From a virus, in the IMG/VR virus record IMGVR_UViG_3300042555_002918, positions 1 through 64,000 of that record: DNA of 64,000 nt. The stretch is one strand, 5' to 3'. The translations under genes and the position numbers were made by a program. The notes under the pieces were generated by a model. The model did no database searches. It was not told the DNA's origin and saw only the letters and a list, made by a program, of their open reading frames with translations. Every line of letters begins with the position of its first letter. The stretch's first letter is position 1. This document shows, in pieces, positions 58,796 through 64,000 of the stretch.

Positions 58796-58849
58796 ACTAT
58801 AGTTTTATCAGGGTAGGCAGTACTTAGAGCATTACCCTTTTGAGAGTTA

Positions 58850-60202
58850 CTATTCGGGGTTGACTTGTCTTTTCGTCATTGCGGAAAGCGCAGCCTTACG
58901 GACATATGTTTTTTTATCAGCAAGCGCTTTAGTAATGTGCTCGTGTGTAGCATTTGGATGTGAAACGGCTTTAGCCCTTACATAATCGTCTTCATCAGCA
59001 AGCGCTTTAGTAATGTGCTCGTGTGTAGCATTTGGATGTGAAACGGCTTTAGCCCTTACATAGTAATCTTCATCAGCAAGCGCTTTAGTAATGTGCTCGT
59101 GTGTAGCATTTGGATGTGAAACGGCGCTCCCCCTGATTGGCGCACTTCCATCCGCAAGCGCTTTAGTAATGTGCTCGTATGTAGCATTTGGGTGGGAAAT
59201 TGCGGCATCTCTTACCGGCGGCTGTGCATCAGCAAGCGCTTTAGTAATGTGCTCGTGTGTAGCATTTGGATGACGAATTGCATTGACCCTTACGAGGGGA
59301 TTTCCATCAGCAAGCGCTTTAGTAATGTGCTCGTGTGTAGCATTTGGGTGGGAAATTGCGGCAACTCTAACATCTATCGAATGATGACCAAGGGCAGCAC
59401 CAATTTCATGGGACCTAACGTGAGCAACTGTACGCCCCGAGCCATCATCGTAAATATTTTCATTCTTATGATAAGCCCCCATCGGCTGATGATGATTATG
59501 ATGGGTATCGAGAATGTGCTTGACCTGATCTTCGAATCCTTTTGGTGCATCACCATATATACTTGGCTCAGGGACCAAGATAGAGTTTTGGTTCTCATCA
59601 CTGTGTTTTTTTATAGCAATCCGAGCAAGTGGCTTTTGAGGATGCCCCTGGTCATCAGCATGAACAAGATAGGCAACGTGCGTGCCGTGCTTTAGGTCTT
59701 GTTGAAGATTATGCCTGTTTTTACCACTCTCAAAGTTCATACACGAGCTGTTTTCCCAAGAGTGTCCACAGCTCGTCATTCCTGCGACATCATGTGGGTG
59801 TCTGGAAATGAGGACTCTGAGGTTTTGTTTGTTTTTCTGAGCACGAACAGGATCCTCAGCGAACTTCTTTACAAGGTTTGGCTCAGCCTTAGTCTGACCG
59901 AGAGCCTTACCAATCCGCACGTCTCGTCCGTGCTTATCCTTTGCTAAACCTGCCTTGTAGTCGTGAACCTTATATCCGTGCTTTGAAAGGTGTCCTTCTA
60001 TCGCTTCCTTCGCCGGGGAATCCGCATGGGCGGTTGAGTCAAAGTCAAAGTATCGCCGTTGGTGGGTTTCTTTATCCGTATCGGGGCCGCCAAAAAGCTT
60101 GTCACTAAACTCATTATTTCCCTTCCTCCAGGCATTTACGTCGGCCTTTTGGTCATTCCTAAGGGCTTCTTGGAGCATTTTGAATTGCTTAAAGGTCAGC
60201 AT
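58850..60202 (-). CDS. Putative internal protein with six HEAT/LRV repeats
   Basis: MLTFKQFKMLQEA leader; 75-bp tandem repeats encoding HPNATHEHITKALAD...VR..A; TATAAATA at 60211-60218. Confidence 0.8.
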   Translation of the reverse strand: MLTFKQFKMLQEALRNDQKADVNAWRKGNNEFSDKLFGGPDTDKETHQRRYFDFDSTAHADSPAKEAIEGHLSKHGYKVHDYKAGLAKDKHGRDVRIGKALGQTKAEPNLVKKFAEDPVRAQKNKQNLRVLISRHPHDVAGMTSCGHSWENSSCMNFESGKNRHNLQQDLKHGTHVAYLVHADDQGHPQKPLARIAIKKHSDENQNSILVPEPSIYGDAPKGFEDQVKHILDTHHNHHQPMGAYHKNENIYDDGSGRTVAHVRSHEIGAALGHHSIDVRVAAISHPNATHEHITKALADGNPLVRVNAIRHPNATHEHITKALADAQPPVRDAAISHPNATYEHITKALADGSAPIRGSAVSHPNATHEHITKALADEDYYVRAKAVSHPNATHEHITKALADEDDYVRAKAVSHPNATHEHITKALADKKTYVRKAALSAMTKRQVNPE

Positions 60203-60234
60203 AGACTGACTATTTATAGCTCATCATGGGAATA

Positions 60235-61065
60235 CTATTTAGGGATTTCTTCGTCTTCCCCTGTCACTGGATTGTAGCGTTTGTTGTCGCTAAACCTTTC
60301 CCAGGTGTCGCTGTATCCAAAGTCATCTTGCGGCCCAGCAGACGCTGGCTCGGTGACAGTTGTGTTACGAGCAATACGCGGGGTCTTCTCCATCTTTTCC
60401 TGAGTAAGGTCACTCGGAGTATAGAGGTCGACCTGAACCTTCTTAATAATCTTGGCGGTCTCGACCGGACCGTGGAAGTTCATCTTGGCCGAAAAGCTCA
60501 GGTCATACCGCACCTGGCGCGGTTGCATGTCTAGCTCAGCTTCGTAGTTATCCGAAGGGGAAATAGAGTTAAGCTCAATTGGGATGTTCTCCTCGTACCC
60601 CATGGCAGGTACGGTTACTATCTTAAGGGTAAAGCTTGGAGTGAAATACGGAAGAATCTGCTCTAAAATCTGATTTGCATCCACTACATGCTTTGCAACG
60701 ATGGTAAGGGAGAAATCAATCGTATAGGCAACTGATTGATATGCGGCAAACTTTTCCCCGTCTGTAGCATTATCGGTTGAGTGTCGATGAATGGTGTTGA
60801 ACTTGCGAGAAGGGTCGTAGGTAATGGCTGAAATCTCAAATGCCATACGCGGGAACGTTTGCTCCACGTACACTGAATCCTCAAGGTCTGGATTGGCTGC
60901 AAGCCGTGCGATATACGCATGACGGTTTGCGTAGTTTATTGGAACTAGGTTCTTCTCGACCACATTACCGTTCTCGTCGTATTTGGCGACATAGATGCCA
61001 TTAAAGAGCGACCCAAACGCCTTAGTGACCTTCTCTAAAATGCCGTGGTAGAAATAGGTAAACAT
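60235..61065 (-). CDS. gp15: Tail terminator / sheath stabilizer
   Basis: MF.YFYH......AFG.LFN, VPI.YA, PRMAFE...YD..RK, QILEQILPYF.P. Confidence 0.93.
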   Translation of the reverse strand: MFTYFYHGILEKVTKAFGSLFNGIYVAKYDENGNVVEKNLVPINYANRHAYIARLAANPDLEDSVYVEQTFPRMAFEISAITYDPSRKFNTIHRHSTDNATDGEKFAAYQSVAYTIDFSLTIVAKHVVDANQILEQILPYFTPSFTLKIVTVPAMGYEENIPIELNSISPSDNYEAELDMQPRQVRYDLSFSAKMNFHGPVETAKIIKKVQVDLYTPSDLTQEKMEKTPRIARNTTVTEPASAGPQDDFGYSDTWERFSDNKRYNPVTGEDEEIPK

Positions 61066-61925
61066 TACAATTTACCCTTATCGAATGGATTACGTGAGTT
61101 TTTAAGAACAACCCCAGAAGCTTCCGTTTGAATGAGAGAGTTCTGAGCGGAGATATCGTTAAGGATCTCTTCCTTGTCGGCCCCTACACTACGAGAGGCC
61201 CCGGAGGTGTTCCCAAGAAGCTCAGCCGTGTCTTTGATGTTACCGTTAATGTTGGTTAGGTAGATTGTTGTACCTTCTATTCGGTTTACGACAGCTTTGA
61301 AGGTTGAATTTGCAAATGAATTACCTTGGTAGACAACCTCACCAGGGACAAATTCCCCTGCCCCTGACCCAACCTCAATCTCAAGACGTTGCTTAATCTC
61401 TTGCTCGATGGCGTCAATCTCGGGAAGCCCCGTCTTAATGCTCTCGTTCCCATAGGTAAAGATGCGGCAGTCAATCTCGTAAATGTAATCGCGACCAAGC
61501 TCGATGAATGGAATGTTGTCGTTTACGTACTTAATCTCAAGGAGATATTGGCCAGGGACACCGTACGGGAAATAGATAAGGTCTCCCTCGCGGGGCCTAT
61601 TAACTGCACCAAGCTCGCCGCCAACTTGTTTCGTGAACTCGGTTTTACCAATTTGAATGGTGATGGACTGCTCCATCGTAATGCCCCACTTCTGCATTGC
61701 AGCTCGGCCTGTGAAACCGTCAGCGCTTTTGATGTACGACACCATCTCAAACCACTTGTCGAACTTAGCAAGCGGGTCCTCGCCGTAGAAAAGGTCAACG
61801 GGGCCTGAGCGGGAGATGTAAAAGCAGTTTACCCCATGGATCTCAATAACCTCGTTCATGAGGTCATCCATGAGGTCCTGCTCTGGCTTGTTCTTGAAGA
61901 GGTTAAAGTACTTATTGGAAGTCAT
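61065..61925 (-). CDS. gp14: Neck protein
   Basis: EQ.L...L..E.I.I.G...YI.R, RPREGDLIYFP, EI.YV....PF..LG, NPF. Confidence 0.93.
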   Translation of the reverse strand: MTSNKYFNLFKNKPEQDLMDDLMNEVIEIHGVNCFYISRSGPVDLFYGEDPLAKFDKWFEMVSYIKSADGFTGRAAMQKWGITMEQSITIQIGKTEFTKQVGGELGAVNRPREGDLIYFPYGVPGQYLLEIKYVNDNIPFIELGRDYIYEIDCRIFTYGNESIKTGLPEIDAIEQEIKQRLEIEVGSGAGEFVPGEVVYQGNSFANSTFKAVVNRIEGTTIYLTNINGNIKDTAELLGNTSGASRSVGADKEEILNDISAQNSLIQTEASGVVLKNSRNPFDKGKL

Positions 61926-61939
61926 GCTTTCCTCCGCTC

Positions 61940-62926
61940 TTATCCTATCTTGAACGGAGTCTTCATCTCATAGGTCGAACGAAGCTCAATTTCTGCCTCT
62001 TCTTTGTCCTTCAGGCCAAGCTCAAGGATCTGTTGTCCGTTAAGCACGATTCCGCCGGGAAGCGTTACGTTGTTGTATTTGGTAAGGTTTCGTCCCCACT
62101 GAACCTGTAAGAGCGCGGTGAGATACTTCCTGACCCATTTGTCGCCGTACACCTTTGGGAAATCTTCTGGCTTAACGGCACCCCAGAACTTAAGAACGAT
62201 GTACTCACCCAACCGGAACTCTTCAGGCCAGTTTGTGGCGATGTAGAGACGGTTTTGCTTACGAGAGTGCCAGTGTGGTTTCACCCCAACGAACATCTGG
62301 TTCCATAGCTGAATATCCTGCTGGTACATGTAGTACGTCATGACATCAGCGTTAAGGAACGTTTGAATGGTTACCTGCTGAGCGAGCTGATACTGAAGGT
62401 CGAACGGGTTAATTGGATGTGAACCAAAGGAGCTTCTGGATTTAAGCACCTCAATTACTCCAACGACCGAGTCTGGAAGGTCGATGTACTTGTTGTCCAT
62501 CATGCCGAGAGTCTGAGCGTGACAATTTGTCAGAGTTGTTGTTGCACCAGACGTGAGGCCGGTAATTATTTCCCCATCCATGAAATGAACAGGGGCAAGC
62601 CTATCGGTAAAAGTGAATTTTATCGTGCGTGTGCTTTTGTCATACGCCTCAACGCGTGCCTGGGCACCGGAGACTCCGCCCTGGATAATCTCATGAACCT
62701 TAAAATCCTTGCCGGGAATACCAGCAAGAACAAGGGACGAAGCAGTTACCTTGAAAGCTTTATAAAAGACTGCCGTACCATCGATGTGGTACTCCTTGAA
62801 AAGCTCTAGCGCCTTGTCTACCTGATTCTCAATCTGTCCTTCGTCAAGATTGATCTGAATGACAGGGGCACCAAGCTCTTGGAGGCAAAACTTTATAAGA
62901 CTATTTCTGTCTGTTGGAAGGGCCAC
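61940..62926 (-). CDS. gp13: Neck protein
   Basis: P..R..L..FCL..LGAPVIQIN, YH.DG, W...Y.TAL...QWG.NL.KY..V.LPGG..LNG; start set at GTG 62926. Confidence 0.93.
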   Translation of the reverse strand: MALPTDRNSLIKFCLQELGAPVIQINLDEGQIENQVDKALELFKEYHIDGTAVFYKAFKVTASSLVLAGIPGKDFKVHEIIQGGVSGAQARVEAYDKSTRTIKFTFTDRLAPVHFMDGEIITGLTSGATTTLTNCHAQTLGMMDNKYIDLPDSVVGVIEVLKSRSSFGSHPINPFDLQYQLAQQVTIQTFLNADVMTYYMYQQDIQLWNQMFVGVKPHWHSRKQNRLYIATNWPEEFRLGEYIVLKFWGAVKPEDFPKVYGDKWVRKYLTALLQVQWGRNLTKYNNVTLPGGIVLNGQQILELGLKDKEEAEIELRSTYEMKTPFKIG

Positions 62927-63482
62927 GCTTTTTCTCCTTTTTCTTTCCCGCCTTCTTATTTTCGGTGGGCTTGGATTCCTCAGTGTCAATCGTTCGAACT
63001 ACAGAGGTAGCAGCATCGAGGCGATCCGCAACTTGAGAGGAATCAGAGGCGATGCGGTCAATGAGAAATTGTAAAAACGGTTGCTTTTGAACTTTGTGAA
63101 GGTTCTCAAAGATGGACTTAAGCTCCGTGAGCGCGATAAACGATATAATCAGGCTGTCCAGAGGGAGAGAGAAATCCCCGGCCGATAAGAGGAACTTATT
63201 AGCAACGTGAACTACACAGACAGTGGTCAGGTAAACGAACGTTTTAACAATGGTTCTGGCAAGCCTGCGCGAAGAGATGGGACTTTTCGTGTGATATGCA
63301 GCCCATATTCCGGTAAGAAAATCCGCAGACACCAAGAACAAAAGCGCCACCATCATTTTTTGAAGGGGCGCAAAAACAGCAAGGAGGGAAAGCGCAAACG
63401 TAACAATACTGTCAAGGGAGAATGAGTCTCCAGTTGTAACCGAAGTGCTGTGTGGAGGAGCCTGAAACATCGTATATCTCAC
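62901..63482 (-). CDS. Phage holin (family-4-like)
   Basis: Several transmembrane segments, DFLTG..AA, SS, E..SI.EN motif, basic tail. Confidence 0.75.
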   Translation of the reverse strand: MRYTMFQAPPHSTSVTTGDSFSLDSIVTFALSLLAVFAPLQKMMVALLFLVSADFLTGIWAAYHTKSPISSRRLARTIVKTFVYLTTVCVVHVANKFLLSAGDFSLPLDSLIISFIALTELKSIFENLHKVQKQPFLQFLIDRIASDSSQVADRLDAATSVVRTIDTEESKPTENKKAGKKKEKKRGPSNRQK

Positions 63483-63494
63483 ATCAAATCTGCC

Positions 63495-63705
63495 GACCTA
63501 CGATGAATTATTAAGCAACCGTTACCCATTCAGTGCTCAGTCCGGCGGCCCTTCCTTGTATCAAAAGTGGCGACACGAGCTTTTTGAGCCCGCTTGATAT
63601 CTAACGAAGAGGTTCATATCGATACGTCGATATGAACCCCCGAAGTCGTAGGTCTTACGCCAGAAGATTGAGTGAAATTCATCGAAAGCAATCTCTGTAG
63701 TCTAT
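63495..63705 (-). ncRNA. Candidate structured leader/ncRNA upstream of holin
   Basis: Late promoter at 63711-63718; 12-bp perfect hairpin 63611-63638; 9-bp long-range stem 63495-63503/63646-63654; loop pairing 63676-63684/63501-63509. Confidence 0.5.
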
Positions 63706-63713
63706 GTGACTAT

Positions 63714-63983
63714 TTATGCTTCCGTGTTGTCCGATGGCTGGCTTGCGTTGGCCTCTTCACTATTGGAAGCGGCACTTAAAGCCTCTTCATTCGGGTCCTG
63801 AGCAGACGAGTCTTTCTGGAGCTTTTCATCAACGAATTTTTTGACTTCGGTGAGTACCGACGTGGTTATAGCAAATTCCTGAGCTCGGGCAGCAGGGATG
63901 TTTAATTGATTAAACAGCAATAGGACGATATCCAACGCTATTGCAACATCGCTAAAAAGCACCTCTTTCCTACCATCAGTCAT
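63714..63983 (-). CDS. Hypothetical protein
   Basis: GGAG SD, 89 aa. Confidence 0.55.
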   Translation of the reverse strand: MTDGRKEVLFSDVAIALDIVLLLFNQLNIPAARAQEFAITTSVLTEVKKFVDEKLQKDSSAQDPNEEALSAASNSEEANASQPSDNTEA

Positions 63984-64000
63984 GATTGATATCTCCCTTT

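Larger units (their letters stand above)
15380..58836. promoter_or_regulatory. Dispersed promoter class GGKAATGYTC-N19-TANNNT (14 copies)
   Basis: Boxes at 15380-, 16554-, 28758-, 29241-, 29443-, 30916+, 40283-, 42331+, 44287-, 44582-, 49659+, 54766-, 56342-, 58827-. Confidence 0.85.
5700..63718. promoter_or_regulatory. T4-type late promoters (T/C/G/A)ATAAATA, CTAAATA (>20 copies)
   Basis: Upstream of gp48, gp4, gp54, gp19 (19293), gp18 (21282), gp16 (23498) and most leader-tagged genes; matches the T4 gp55 consensus TATAAATA; gp33 is encoded here. Confidence 0.85.

Noticed and set aside
58900-59370. Constant and variable 75-bp array resembling CRISPR
   Set aside because: In-frame coding HEAT-like repeats; no cas genes or leader.
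62927-62989. Basic N-terminal extension of gp13 in the ORF track
   Set aside because: It is the holin tail read in another frame; gp13 similarity starts at GTG 62926.
1-64000. Stop-codon reassignment or introns/inteins in core genes
   Set aside because: Core genes are intact at expected lengths under the standard code, and TAA, TAG and TGA all terminate genes.

Overview
This window is part of a large T4-like (myovirus) phage genome. Core virion and replication modules lie at both ends: two repeat-rich tail fibres, gp4, gp48, gp53, hub, gp2, gp54, gp26/gp51, tape measure, gp32, gp59, gp33, PhoH, gp19-18-17-16, and gp15-14-13 plus a holin. A ~36.7-kb accessory region (~23.5-60.2 kb) splits gp15 from gp16. 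Main observations: (1) About 16 accessory proteins carry T4-type (MKT[FY]xxF..E) or phage-specific (MSKKTEQD[IL]IAE[AS]I..E) leader peptides and T4-late TATAAATA-type promoters. They look like a capsid-packaged effector arsenal (ART-like, GNAT, alarmone hydrolase, NTase, J-domain, HEAT repeats). (2) A -1 frameshift signal (T TTT TTC, 6-nt spacer, 8-bp hairpin) would fuse gp26 to a start-less gp51-like frame just upstream of the tape measure. (3) A strictly spaced promoter class, GGKAATGYTC-N19-TANNNT, occurs 14 times. (4) A second dispersed motif, TGTTTGAAGGC[GT]GAC, occurs about 16 times, six of them in a sigma28-like frame. (5) Many predicted transcripts are leaderless. (6) Several promoter-driven structured RNA candidates are present. 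All product calls come from motif recognition by eye; no database searches were run.
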